NCBI GenBank assembly: GCA_002433065.1
Contig: DJHK01000001.1
Span: forward strand, 41,665 to 105,664
Length of the DNA: 64,000 nucleotides
From: Chloroflexi bacterium UBA6622
GTDB lineage: Bacteria; Chloroflexota; UBA11872
Direction: 5' to 3'
Positions 50,664-59,508 of this stretch are shown here, one piece after another; positions within the stretch are counted from its first letter, which is position 1; every line of letters starts with the position of its first letter. The notes beneath the pieces are model-generated. The model was given only the letters and a program-made list of their open reading frames with translations. It did no database searches and was not told the origin of the DNA. A program made the position numbers and the translations under genes.

Positions 50664-51917
50664 TCAGTCCTCAGATCCGGCTGGTTTGCGAGTAGTATTT
50701 TCGCCCGTCTCAACCGAAACGGTTTTTTCATTTGTACCATCCGTACCGCTGTCAGTCTGAATCGTTTCATCGGCCGAAAACGAAGATTGATCCGAATCCG
50801 ACTTGTCCACATCACCTACCTCTTCAGCACCTTCAGACACATCAGCTAGGGACACATCTTCCGGCGCGGCAACGTCCCGTGCCTCAAGAGGCTCCGCCGC
50901 ATCACGTATGTTGATCTTGAACCCCGTAAGTCTCGCAGCCAAACGAGAGTTTTGCCCTTCTTTGCCAATTGCCAACGAAACCATATCCGTGGGCACAAAA
51001 ACATCGGCTACACGCTGTTCCAAATCGATGTGCACATTCTGGACGCGAGCTGGACTAAGTGCATTTCCAACATACACACGTGCTTCTTCGTCAAAAAGAA
51101 TTATCTCTACTTTTTCCTCTCCCAGCTCCCGCAACACATTTTGTATACGGCTACCTCTCATTCCAACAGCCGACCCAACAGGATCCAAGCCCTCTTGGCT
51201 TGAACGTACAGCAATCTTGGTTCGAATCCCAGGATCACGAGCAATAGCTTCAATACCCACAATACCGCTCTGAATCTCAGGAACTTCCCGCTCAAACAAG
51301 CAACGTACAAAATCGGAATGCGATCGAGACACTCGTAGTTGCGAACCACGACCAGCCTCCGCGACTTCTATCAATAGAACACGCATACGTTGACCAGCGC
51401 GATAGAACTCACCGGGCACTTGATCGCCCGGCAACATGATCGCTTCACCACGACCCAGATCAACGAACACCCCGTGTCTTTCAACCCGTGTAACCCGACC
51501 GACCAGTAACGCTCCTTCATGTTCAATGAATTGACTGTAAATCTCTTGACGCTCGGCATCCCGAAGCGCCTGCTGCATCGCCTGCCGCGCTTTCTGAGTA
51601 GCAATTCGGCCGAAGTTAGGGGGCGTTATGTCAATCTGAAAAATCTCTCCGATCTTTACGTCTTCGTCGTAGGTCTGGGCGTCGCTGACTGAAATTTCTC
51701 TTATCTCGTCGGACACGTCTGCAACCACCGTCTTATTGGCGTAAACCGTGGAATCGCCGGTCTCAGGATCAATTTCAACATCAATATCCTCATATTCTGT
51801 GTTGAAATCCTCAAACGCTGAAGCGACCGCTGTGCGGAGCGCGTCCATAACCGCATCAATCTGAATGCCCTTTTCATCGGCAAGCTGACGCAGCGCCAGA
51901 ATAAAGTCGCTGCGCAT
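50664..51917 (-). CDS. nusA: Transcription termination/antitermination factor NusA
   Basis: NusA N-terminal domain, S1 domain, and two KH domains in the typical order. There is an acidic C-terminal tail. Confidence 0.9.
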   Translation of the reverse strand: MRSDFILALRQLADEKGIQIDAVMDALRTAVASAFEDFNTEYEDIDVEIDPETGDSTVYANKTVVADVSDEIREISVSDAQTYDEDVKIGEIFQIDITPPNFGRIATQKARQAMQQALRDAERQEIYSQFIEHEGALLVGRVTRVERHGVFVDLGRGEAIMLPGDQVPGEFYRAGQRMRVLLIEVAEAGRGSQLRVSRSHSDFVRCLFEREVPEIQSGIVGIEAIARDPGIRTKIAVRSSQEGLDPVGSAVGMRGSRIQNVLRELGEEKVEIILFDEEARVYVGNALSPARVQNVHIDLEQRVADVFVPTDMVSLAIGKEGQNSRLAARLTGFKINIRDAAEPLEARDVAAPEDVSLADVSEGAEEVGDVDKSDSDQSSFSADETIQTDSGTDGTNEKTVSVETGENTTRKPAGSED

Positions 51918-52147
51918 CTTATTGCCTCCTCAGGACGCTTGGACCGCTTCCCTCCTCGGGAATCTCTTATGAACGGCAGGCTACTGTCCGCTCACTACCA
52001 CTTCTAGTAACGATAGTGATTCTATCACCAGATAATCTTATTGACGGCACCATCCAATTTTTCGGGCATCTAGTCAGGAAACATCAAGCTAGCGCCAATT
52101 AGCAAGAATTCTTGCATGGATAATCTGATCAGCTGTATCACACTGGG

Positions 52148-53326
52148 CTAGACGATACGACGTTCATCAGAGCCAAAAACATAGCTCTCCTCAACAGGAA
52201 TTGTTGCGTATGCCGTAGTGTTTCGATCCCACTCTTCCTCAAGGGGTCTCTTACAGATGACTCGAGTGCCTCCGAAGTCCAAAGTGACTTCCTTGCGCTG
52301 TTCAGAGAAGTGGTTTTCCACCCAATAGACCTGGACCGGCATCGAGCCTTCAACCTGATGTGGCGAAAGAAGCACTGACTCGGGGCGAATCCCCAAGTGG
52401 ACATCCTGTCCTTCAACCCCGCCCAGCGCGTCGTTTCGAAGATCCACAAATTGACCATCGAGACGAACACCTCCGTTCTCCGCCTTTCCCGGAATAAGGT
52501 TCATAGGGGGCGCACCGACGAAACTAGCAACAAACATGTTTACCGGATCATCATAGATTTCCCGATAGGTACCAAGTTGTTGAATCTTTCCAGCCTGCAT
52601 GACTGCAATCCGGTCACCCATTGCCTGAGCCTCAGTTTGATCATGCGTGACATACACCGTTGTTATTTTGAAACGCCGTAGTAGTCGCTTTATCTCGACC
52701 CTAGTCCGGGTACGCAATTTCGCGTCCAGATTAGATAGTGGCTCATCAAACAAAAACACCGTTGGATCACGAACAATGCATCGGGCAATGGCAACTCTTT
52801 GTTGCTGTCCACCTGATAAAGCCTTGGGACGACGATCAAGCAGTTGATCGAAGCCCACGCCCATCATCTTTGAAACAATTTCGACGCGTTCGTCAACTTC
52901 CTCTTCGCGCTTATGCATCTTGAAGAAAAATCCTAGATTCTTCTTACTGTGCATATGCGGATAGAGCGCGTAATTTTGAAACACAATTCCTACACGACGA
53001 TCCTTAGCATTGAGCTCCGTCCAATTTTCCTCGCCATATTGAATCGTCCCGCTGTTTGGCGTCTCTAGCATGATCAAACCGGCAATCACCCGGAGCATGG
53101 TTGATTTTCCACAACCCGATGGGCCGAGAATCGCAATTGACTCTCCGTCCTTAATGTCAAGATCAACCCCGTCTATCGCATATACCTGACCATCTCGATA
53201 GTTTGCCTGGCCCACAAGATCCGATTCTTCTTCCTTGGGCGCTGTTTGACCAAAAATTACAGCCGCTGGATCACTGTCCTCCTTAAAAACAGCTCGAACA
53301 TCGCGAAGCATCACGTCAGCCATCAT
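52148..53326 (-). CDS. ABC transporter ATP-binding protein, MalK/MsmX/UgpC type with C-terminal TOBE domain
   Basis: Walker A GPSGCGKST, Q-loop, signature LSGGQQQRVAIAR, Walker B FLFDEPLSNLD, H-loop, and a roughly 130-aa C-terminal MalK-like regulatory domain. There is an unusual roughly 25-aa insertion near the N-terminus and no adjacent permease. Confidence 0.85.
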   Translation of the reverse strand: MMADVMLRDVRAVFKEDSDPAAVIFGQTAPKEEESDLVGQANYRDGQVYAIDGVDLDIKDGESIAILGPSGCGKSTMLRVIAGLIMLETPNSGTIQYGEENWTELNAKDRRVGIVFQNYALYPHMHSKKNLGFFFKMHKREEEVDERVEIVSKMMGVGFDQLLDRRPKALSGGQQQRVAIARCIVRDPTVFLFDEPLSNLDAKLRTRTRVEIKRLLRRFKITTVYVTHDQTEAQAMGDRIAVMQAGKIQQLGTYREIYDDPVNMFVASFVGAPPMNLIPGKAENGGVRLDGQFVDLRNDALGGVEGQDVHLGIRPESVLLSPHQVEGSMPVQVYWVENHFSEQRKEVTLDFGGTRVICKRPLEEEWDRNTTAYATIPVEESYVFGSDERRIV

Positions 53327-53372
53327 TGCTCTCCTTATTTACCGTTTTTTCTGTTTATGTCTAAAACCAGCA

Positions 53373-54107
53373 TCAGTTCTCTCGCAGGCCAAAATCTATA
53401 AGACGTTCATCGGTCATTCGAATCGAAACCAGCGCCAACATCACAGCCACCACGACCATCATCGGAAAGACGAGAAGCATGCTCACAATCAAGCTCATGG
53501 CCACGATCACACAAAAAGCAAGTGACGAGGCTGGAGCACTGAGTGCCAAAACCGCTGCATTCCGAAACACGTGATATAAGGACATTTCGTATCGCAATGC
53601 TAGCGGGTACAGGTACGCCTGTGCAGCTACCCAGAGCGCTAGGAAATACAGCGACAGAATGCCAAGCGCTTGAATTAAGACCTCGCCAGTTCCAGTATAA
53701 AAAATAAATCCCACAACTAACCCATACAGCAAGTAAATATCCACTACAAAAAGAAGCCATGCGCGAAAAAATCGGCTTCGAAATCCGATCCAAAAATCTC
53801 GTACTGCTACGTCCTCACCATCTACGTGAAGTTGAGCAACATAAAACAAACCTGCCGTACCAGGCCCTGCTAATGCACCGCCTATCCCGGTCCCAGCAAC
53901 GATAAAAATGAAAAAAACGATGCCTGTAACTGGACCGTCAATTCCAACCATCGCCTGCTGGAGCGCCGAAGCCAAAGGAATACCAACAATCGGAAATAAT
54001 GGGAAAACAGTCACGAACCACCACAAGTTACCTCGAATAGCAAGAGCCCTGAGATCGTAATAGACCTGAGCAAACGCCCACCAAGCATGTCTAAATACGT
54101 CAGACAT
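53373..54107 (-). CDS. DUF624 (YesL-like) membrane protein
   Basis: 244-aa polytopic protein whose layout resembles B. subtilis YesL (NLWWF..., PIVGIPLASALQ, FRSRFFRAWLL). Proteins of this kind accompany carbohydrate ABC systems in Firmicutes. The comparison is from memory. Confidence 0.5.
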   Translation of the reverse strand: MSDVFRHAWWAFAQVYYDLRALAIRGNLWWFVTVFPLFPIVGIPLASALQQAMVGIDGPVTGIVFFIFIVAGTGIGGALAGPGTAGLFYVAQLHVDGEDVAVRDFWIGFRSRFFRAWLLFVVDIYLLYGLVVGFIFYTGTGEVLIQALGILSLYFLALWVAAQAYLYPLALRYEMSLYHVFRNAAVLALSAPASSLAFCVIVAMSLIVSMLLVFPMMVVVAVMLALVSIRMTDERLIDFGLREN

Positions 54108-54211
54108 AACTAGCGGTCATTCGACATTACCTTTAATGCTCTTCTTGAAAAACAACGCGTCCATCGCCCAAGACTCCATACACACTTTCTCATCAGCTGA
54201 AGTTCTCAAAA

Positions 54212-55114
54212 TCATGGCGAATCCGGAAAGTCGTCAACCACCTGCCTCAATAGTCGGGTCGTGTTGGTGGTACTTCCACAACATGAACCAATCACTGACA
54301 CGCCTCGACCTAACCAATTCCTAGCAAATTCCACCATCTTTTCAGGTGGATACAAATAACACACCTTTCCATCCACCAACTCTGGAACACCAGCGTTTGA
54401 TTGCGCCATTAACGGTTTTTTTGGTCCAGCCTCAATCATTTGCTCAAGAACTTTCGTCATTTCTTCGGGGCCATTACCACAATTACATCCAACAACGTCA
54501 GCACCAGCTTCCTCGCAAGCACGCATGCCATCGATCGGAGAAACCCCCATCATCGTGTGAAGATTAATGTCGTACGTCATGGTCGCGAAAACAGGTAGAC
54601 CTGTTGACTGCGCGGCCTCAATCGCAATCTGGATCTCGCTGAGATCACTAAATGTCTCGCAAAGCAGCAAATCCGCTCCACCCTCTGCTAAATACTCAGC
54701 TTGAACACGAAAAGCATCCAACATTGTGGACCGTGAAATATCTCCAAGCGGCTCGAGGAAATCTCCGCTTTGCCCCATGTCCCCTGCTACCCAAGCCCTG
54801 TCTCCAGCCGCAGCTCGTGCTTGCTCGGCAGCACCTCGATTTATCTCCTCTACCTGATCAGTCAAACCCGCCCTGCTAAGCCTTATAAGGTTTCCACCGA
54901 AAGTGTTGGTGGTCAAAACATGCGCACCCGCCTCAACATACGCACGATAGATGTCAGTCATTCGATCGGGATAACGAAAAGTTACTTCCTCCGGAGCTTC
55001 CCAATCCCGATCCGGATACTCATTGATGGTGGTTCCCATTGCACCATCGAAAAGAAGTCGATGGCTTTCCATAAAATTCTGTAGTGAGGACGAATTAGAT
55101 CGGTCAATAGACAT
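54212..55114 (-). CDS. Homocysteine S-methyltransferase-domain protein (Hcy-binding Zn TIM barrel, MmuM/MetH N-domain-like)
   Basis: LLFDGAMGT, GADLLLCET and the zinc-ligand motifs VGCNCGNG and IGSCCGSTT define the Hcy-binding domain (PF02574-type). It is a stand-alone 300-aa protein. Confidence 0.75.
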   Translation of the reverse strand: MSIDRSNSSSLQNFMESHRLLFDGAMGTTINEYPDRDWEAPEEVTFRYPDRMTDIYRAYVEAGAHVLTTNTFGGNLIRLSRAGLTDQVEEINRGAAEQARAAAGDRAWVAGDMGQSGDFLEPLGDISRSTMLDAFRVQAEYLAEGGADLLLCETFSDLSEIQIAIEAAQSTGLPVFATMTYDINLHTMMGVSPIDGMRACEEAGADVVGCNCGNGPEEMTKVLEQMIEAGPKKPLMAQSNAGVPELVDGKVCYLYPPEKMVEFARNWLGRGVSVIGSCCGSTTNTTRLLRQVVDDFPDSP

Positions 55115-55193
55115 AAAAATAAGGGCTGAGTAATGCAGTCTCCTGAAACATCTTGCTCTGAATATAGCAACGGCCTAACCATAAAACGTGATA

Positions 55194-56702
55194 TCAAGCG
55201 TCTATCTGCGATGCCGCCGCTTCACGGTTCGTCGCAAGTAACGCTGGATAAAGATCCCGATATCGAGACAGCGTGGTCGCCATAACCTGAACCCACGAGG
55301 TATTTGGATCTACGACATCTGCCGGGATCTTCATCTCTTCACACGCTTGTAACACCGAATCGAACTCACCTGCTGCGACCGAGCCAAGCAATGCAGCACC
55401 AAATGCGGGCCCACGCCCCTCCGGTTCCACCATTACCGAAGCGTCGAGCACGGATGCGATAACTCGACACCATAACGAACTTCGAGCACCACCTCCCGCC
55501 AATTTGAATGAACACGTTGACGCACCAGTTTTTTGTATTGCTTCGAGAGCGTCACAAAGACTGAACGCGACACCCTCAAGCACAGCCCTCACTACATCTG
55601 CTCTATTGTGAGCAGCAGTTAACCCAACCAAGGCTGCCCTAGCATTAGCATCCAAATATGGGGTTCGCTCCCCTTGTAAATACGGCAACCACAACAAGCC
55701 TCGACTCCCTGCAGGAACAGATTGAGCTTCCTCAACAAGCTCCAAATAACTCGTTGCTGGAGAAAACGTGTCTCGAAGCCATCGGAGTGAGAGACCGGCC
55801 GCCTGTGTAACCCCCATAAGTTGCCACGTCTTGGGGATTGCGTGAGCGCCAGCCTGAACCGTTCCGTCGTTTGACGCGGCATATGCGTTAGTCGCGACAA
55901 AAACCACTCCGGATGTTCCGATAGTAATCACGGTATCGCCGTCGTTAACGATCCGTGCCGCTACGCCACCAGCAGGCTGATCTCCTGCACCCCCAGCAAT
56001 AGGTATTCCAGCCGGAAGTCCTAGGCGATCGCCGGCAGACTGGGTGAGTCGTCCGGCTATGGCGGTGGACTCACACACTCTAGGTAGCCACCGATGATCA
56101 ATTTCGAGCGAATCGATCATCGGTTTGGACCATTCACGAGTTCTAGGATCAAAATAGCCAGTTCCACTTGCATCTGTAACATCAGTCCACAACTCGTTGG
56201 TCAATCGAAGACGAATAAAATCTTTTGGCAACAAGACATGGGCTATTCGATCAAACAACTCTGGTTCATGCTCTCGAATCCACTCGAGCTTTGGCGCTTG
56301 AAATCCCTCAAGCGGAAGATTTCCAGTATGTTCGATGAACTTTGCTGCCCCAACACGCTGTTCTAAGAACCGTCGCTGATCCATCGTGCGTAAATCACAC
56401 CAAATAATCGCCCTCCGTAGCGGACGCAAGCGCTGATCAAGAAGAACCAATCCATGCATCTGTCCTGTTAGGCCAATGGCACAAATATCAGCCGGGTCGT
56501 CAGCATGTGCTGCTACGGTGCCCAGAGCTTCAAAGGCTGCCCTCTCCCAGTCTTCTGGTGCTTGCTCCGCCCATCCCGGCCGAGGCGTCAACAGTCCGTA
56601 AGAAGACTCGTGTACCGCAAGTGTCTGACCCAGACCATCTGTTAGCACCGCCCGAGCACCCGTTGTACCGAGATCCAAACCGATCGCCAAGACACTTCTC
56701 AC
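55194..56702 (-). CDS. FGGY-family carbohydrate kinase, xylulokinase-like
   Basis: IGLDLGTTGARAVL N-terminus, the PGWAEQAPEDW motif typical of XylB-like kinases, and 502 aa with both FGGY domains. Confidence 0.8.
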   Translation of the reverse strand: MRSVLAIGLDLGTTGARAVLTDGLGQTLAVHESSYGLLTPRPGWAEQAPEDWERAAFEALGTVAAHADDPADICAIGLTGQMHGLVLLDQRLRPLRRAIIWCDLRTMDQRRFLEQRVGAAKFIEHTGNLPLEGFQAPKLEWIREHEPELFDRIAHVLLPKDFIRLRLTNELWTDVTDASGTGYFDPRTREWSKPMIDSLEIDHRWLPRVCESTAIAGRLTQSAGDRLGLPAGIPIAGGAGDQPAGGVAARIVNDGDTVITIGTSGVVFVATNAYAASNDGTVQAGAHAIPKTWQLMGVTQAAGLSLRWLRDTFSPATSYLELVEEAQSVPAGSRGLLWLPYLQGERTPYLDANARAALVGLTAAHNRADVVRAVLEGVAFSLCDALEAIQKTGASTCSFKLAGGGARSSLWCRVIASVLDASVMVEPEGRGPAFGAALLGSVAAGEFDSVLQACEEMKIPADVVDPNTSWVQVMATTLSRYRDLYPALLATNREAAASQIDA

Positions 56703-56723
56703 AATAACGTAGCCCTACCTTCT

Positions 56724-57818
56724 TTACGTATCTCCGAAACTCCCAACGCAGTCCGTCCTATGAAGAGCAACACCTGGGACTACATGGTCAACAGCGAACG
56801 CCGATTCAACGTCATTCGCAGATAACTGCTTCACAAAGAACTGGGGATCCTCATGTATGGCTATGATCGTTCCACCTTTTCCGGCCCCAGCCAGCTTCGC
56901 GCCACGAGCTCCTAATCGAATCGCGAGTTCGATCAATGACTCGTTTTCTGGTCCAGACCCACCCACGCTCACGATATGAGTGTGAGCCTCATTCATTTGT
57001 TCGGCAACCGCGAGCCAATCACCCGAAAGCACATACCGTTTTGAGTGGCGGGCGATCTCCGCAAGTCTTCGCATCGCAGCACGAACTGCTGGATCACCTT
57101 CCAACCATCGGTCCCGAAGAGGACGGTGAGTTTCACCAGAATCACGTTGTCTTCCAGTATGTGCAAGAACCAACGGGATCGAATCAGACTCCGTAACCAA
57201 GGACTCCACCGTAGCAAATGGATCTATGTCAGATCCCCGCCATTGAGCCTTGCCTCGAAAATCCAAGTAGGAAAGACCACCGTGAGCAGCGGCATAAAAG
57301 TCTTGAAAACCACATATGATTTTCATACGAGAAAATTCGATCTCCCGTGCTCGCTCAGCAAATTCATGTAAGCGATATTTACGACCCAACCAAACATCAG
57401 TCGCTCTTAACGCAGCAACCAGCAAAGCACTACTACTCGACAAGCCAGCGTTAGGAGGGATATGGCTCCAACAACGGATTTCTACCGAAGCCGTCTGCAT
57501 CTCTTGAGCTACCACAACCGCCTTGAGCACATTCAGATATGTCGCATGTCGGGCTGCTAGCAGTTGGCTTGGTTCCATCAATTCAGCCATAGCGCTAGAC
57601 GGTGGATGAATTAACTCGAGATCGGAAGCCGACTCAATCCCTAGTTCAAGACCTGCATCCTCAGCACACAAACGAAGCGAAGCAGCAGGCTCGATTGATA
57701 CGAAGGCCCGACGGTCAATAGCCATAGAAATCACGCTTCCGCCGTACATATCACTTGGATTTCCGAGCAATCCGGCACGACCTGGAGCTGACGCGATAAT
57801 CGGCCTAAAGTCGGTCAC
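56724..57818 (-). CDS. GHMP-family sugar-1-kinase, glucuronokinase-like
   Basis: GHMP motif PPNAGLSSSSALLVAAL. The N-terminal APGRAGLLGNPSDMYGGSVIS and the RDRWLEGD segment resemble the plant glucuronokinase GlcAK (GFLGNPSDVYFGRTIS ... RQRWLDGD). I recalled that GlcAK sequence from memory. Confidence 0.75.
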   Translation of the reverse strand: MTDFRPIIASAPGRAGLLGNPSDMYGGSVISMAIDRRAFVSIEPAASLRLCAEDAGLELGIESASDLELIHPPSSAMAELMEPSQLLAARHATYLNVLKAVVVAQEMQTASVEIRCWSHIPPNAGLSSSSALLVAALRATDVWLGRKYRLHEFAERAREIEFSRMKIICGFQDFYAAAHGGLSYLDFRGKAQWRGSDIDPFATVESLVTESDSIPLVLAHTGRQRDSGETHRPLRDRWLEGDPAVRAAMRRLAEIARHSKRYVLSGDWLAVAEQMNEAHTHIVSVGGSGPENESLIELAIRLGARGAKLAGAGKGGTIIAIHEDPQFFVKQLSANDVESAFAVDHVVPGVALHRTDCVGSFGDT

Positions 57819-58705
57819 TCTGAATCATCGAGACAACGGATGTGCCTACTAACAGCATCCCCGTATTCGTGATCGGAAAGCGCAAAATCAACAAATGCTC
57901 GGTAATAGGACTCAAAGTTGCCTATGTCATACCGTTTTTCCGGCTCCTTAAGAGGAACTACCCGAACATGAGCTTTTTTACCTACTAAGATCGCAATAGC
58001 ATCTGTTAACCATCGCTCCCCATTTTTTCCTCGTGGAGTTGCATCTATGGTGTCGAAAATTGATGGCGAGAAAACATAGCGAGGCACGATGGCAAGATTA
58101 CTTGGCGAATCTTCTGGGTTGGGTTTTTCAACAAGACCGGTCGCATACAACAAATCCCCACGTTGCTGCACACCCACTACCCCGTAGCGGAACACGTCAT
58201 CACGAGGCACCTCTTCCACAGCAAGCGTGCACGAGGCTTGACTCGTTATATGCGCTTGGATCAATCGACCAACAATGTTGCCGCCGTGCAATATTGTGTC
58301 GCCAAAGGCGACAACTATCGATTCCCCAGCGGCAAAATCTCGTCCAAGCCTAACGGCGTCTGCAACCCCGGTCGGGGTCCCCTGTCGCGTGTAAAAAATT
58401 CGTGGTGCCCCATCAGCAAGGCCCCGATCCTTTATTGCACCAGTTCTTGCACCATCTAGAAAAGGCCTAAGCTCAACGTCATCGTCAAAGTGATCTTCGA
58501 TTGCCGCTTTTTTCCTTCCGGTGATAAAAAGGATCTGCTCAATACCCGCGGCAAGGAGTTCTTCAACCACGTACTGCACAACTGGCTTACGACCAACCGG
58601 AAGCATTTCCTTGGGCTGCGACTTCGTAGCCGGAAATAGACGAGTCCCCGCTCCGGCGACGGGAACAATTGCTTTCCGTATATGTTGGGAAGACGAATCT
58701 CGCAG
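57815..58705 (-). CDS. galU: UTP--glucose-1-phosphate uridylyltransferase-like nucleotidyltransferase; proposed non-canonical start
   Basis: The track ORF starts at ATG 58606 (MLPVGRKPVVQYVVEE). The in-frame upstream sequence is stop-free and encodes RKAIVPVAGAGTRLFPATKSQPKE. That is the GalU signature, compared from memory with E. coli [37 protein letters not shown]. No ATG/GTG/TTG lies upstream in frame. GGAGAG at 58712-58717 sits 6 nt before CTG at 58703-58705. The C-terminal PSNLAIVPRYVFS also matches GalU. The gene overlaps the GHMP kinase gene by 4 bp. Confidence 0.8.
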   Translation of the reverse strand: MRDSSSQHIRKAIVPVAGAGTRLFPATKSQPKEMLPVGRKPVVQYVVEELLAAGIEQILFITGRKKAAIEDHFDDDVELRPFLDGARTGAIKDRGLADGAPRIFYTRQGTPTGVADAVRLGRDFAAGESIVVAFGDTILHGGNIVGRLIQAHITSQASCTLAVEEVPRDDVFRYGVVGVQQRGDLLYATGLVEKPNPEDSPSNLAIVPRYVFSPSIFDTIDATPRGKNGERWLTDAIAILVGKKAHVRVVPLKEPEKRYDIGNFESYYRAFVDFALSDHEYGDAVSRHIRCLDDSE

Positions 58706-58905
58706 GATTGTCTCTCCTAACCAGTAAATCTCAAGCGGCCGAACGCTAGCATATGAGCGAGTCGAACGCTTATGGCAGTAGCCTTTCGAGGCCCAGCATA
58801 GAAAAAATACATCGCGAAAACATTAACCTCCAATATATAACGAAGCCTGAGATCGTGAGTCCAGTGCCCCCAATAGACCGTCACAGGAATAGTGATCGCT
58901 AAGAA

Positions 58906-59499
58906 ATGCGCCATTTCCTTGTGTTTACCATGTGGATAGTCCTAGCTGTAGTGGGTTTAGTCATATTTCTTGGCGTCTTCACTACACGAAATCACCCTGA
59001 CCACACGGAAAACAATGTTGTCGCTATCAACCCGACAACACATCAGCGGGCTCAGGCCAAGCTCCAAGCATTTGAAGCTCAATCAGAACAAGCCAGATTG
59101 AGCGGCAAGAAACTTCCAGCCCAAATTTCCTTCACCGAAGAAGAAATGACCTCACTTATCCGAGATTGGGGTAAGCAGGACCATTGGTTCGGATCGATAG
59201 ATAATCTACAAATAGAATTCATACCCGGCACATGTGCTCTAACGGGAATCTTGCAATCAATCAACCTGAACTTCCCGTTTAGACTTGAGCTAGCAATATC
59301 CGCCGAGGAAAGCCAGCGAACAGCAGAATTGACGGGGCTACAAGTGGGCGAATTATTCGCACCAGGATTTGTTCGGACAGCATTATTAGCACTTGCAGAC
59401 CGCACATTTGACGCCGGGCTTCCTCGAGTCTCGCTTTCGATCGAGTCGCTTGTTGTTACAAACGGTGAACTCTTGGTTTCCGGAAACATGTTGCCGTAG
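58906..59499 (+). CDS. Hypothetical membrane-anchored protein
   Basis: 197 aa with an N-terminal signal-anchor helix (FLVFTMWIVLAVVGLVIFLGVF) and then a soluble domain. It is divergent from the galU operon. I recognise no family. Confidence 0.4.
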   Translation: MRHFLVFTMWIVLAVVGLVIFLGVFTTRNHPDHTENNVVAINPTTHQRAQAKLQAFEAQSEQARLSGKKLPAQISFTEEEMTSLIRDWGKQDHWFGSIDNLQIEFIPGTCALTGILQSINLNFPFRLELAISAEESQRTAELTGLQVGELFAPGFVRTALLALADRTFDAGLPRVSLSIESLVVTNGELLVSGNMLP

Positions 59500-59508
59500 C
59501 GAAGTGAA

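Noticed and set aside
58717-58914. 65-aa minus-strand ORF immediately upstream of the galU-like gene
   Set aside because: It overlaps the divergent start of the 58906 gene and ends inside the proposed galU Shine-Dalgarno sequence. I found no homology. It is most likely a chance ORF in the promoter and 5' region. I cannot fully exclude a leader peptide.
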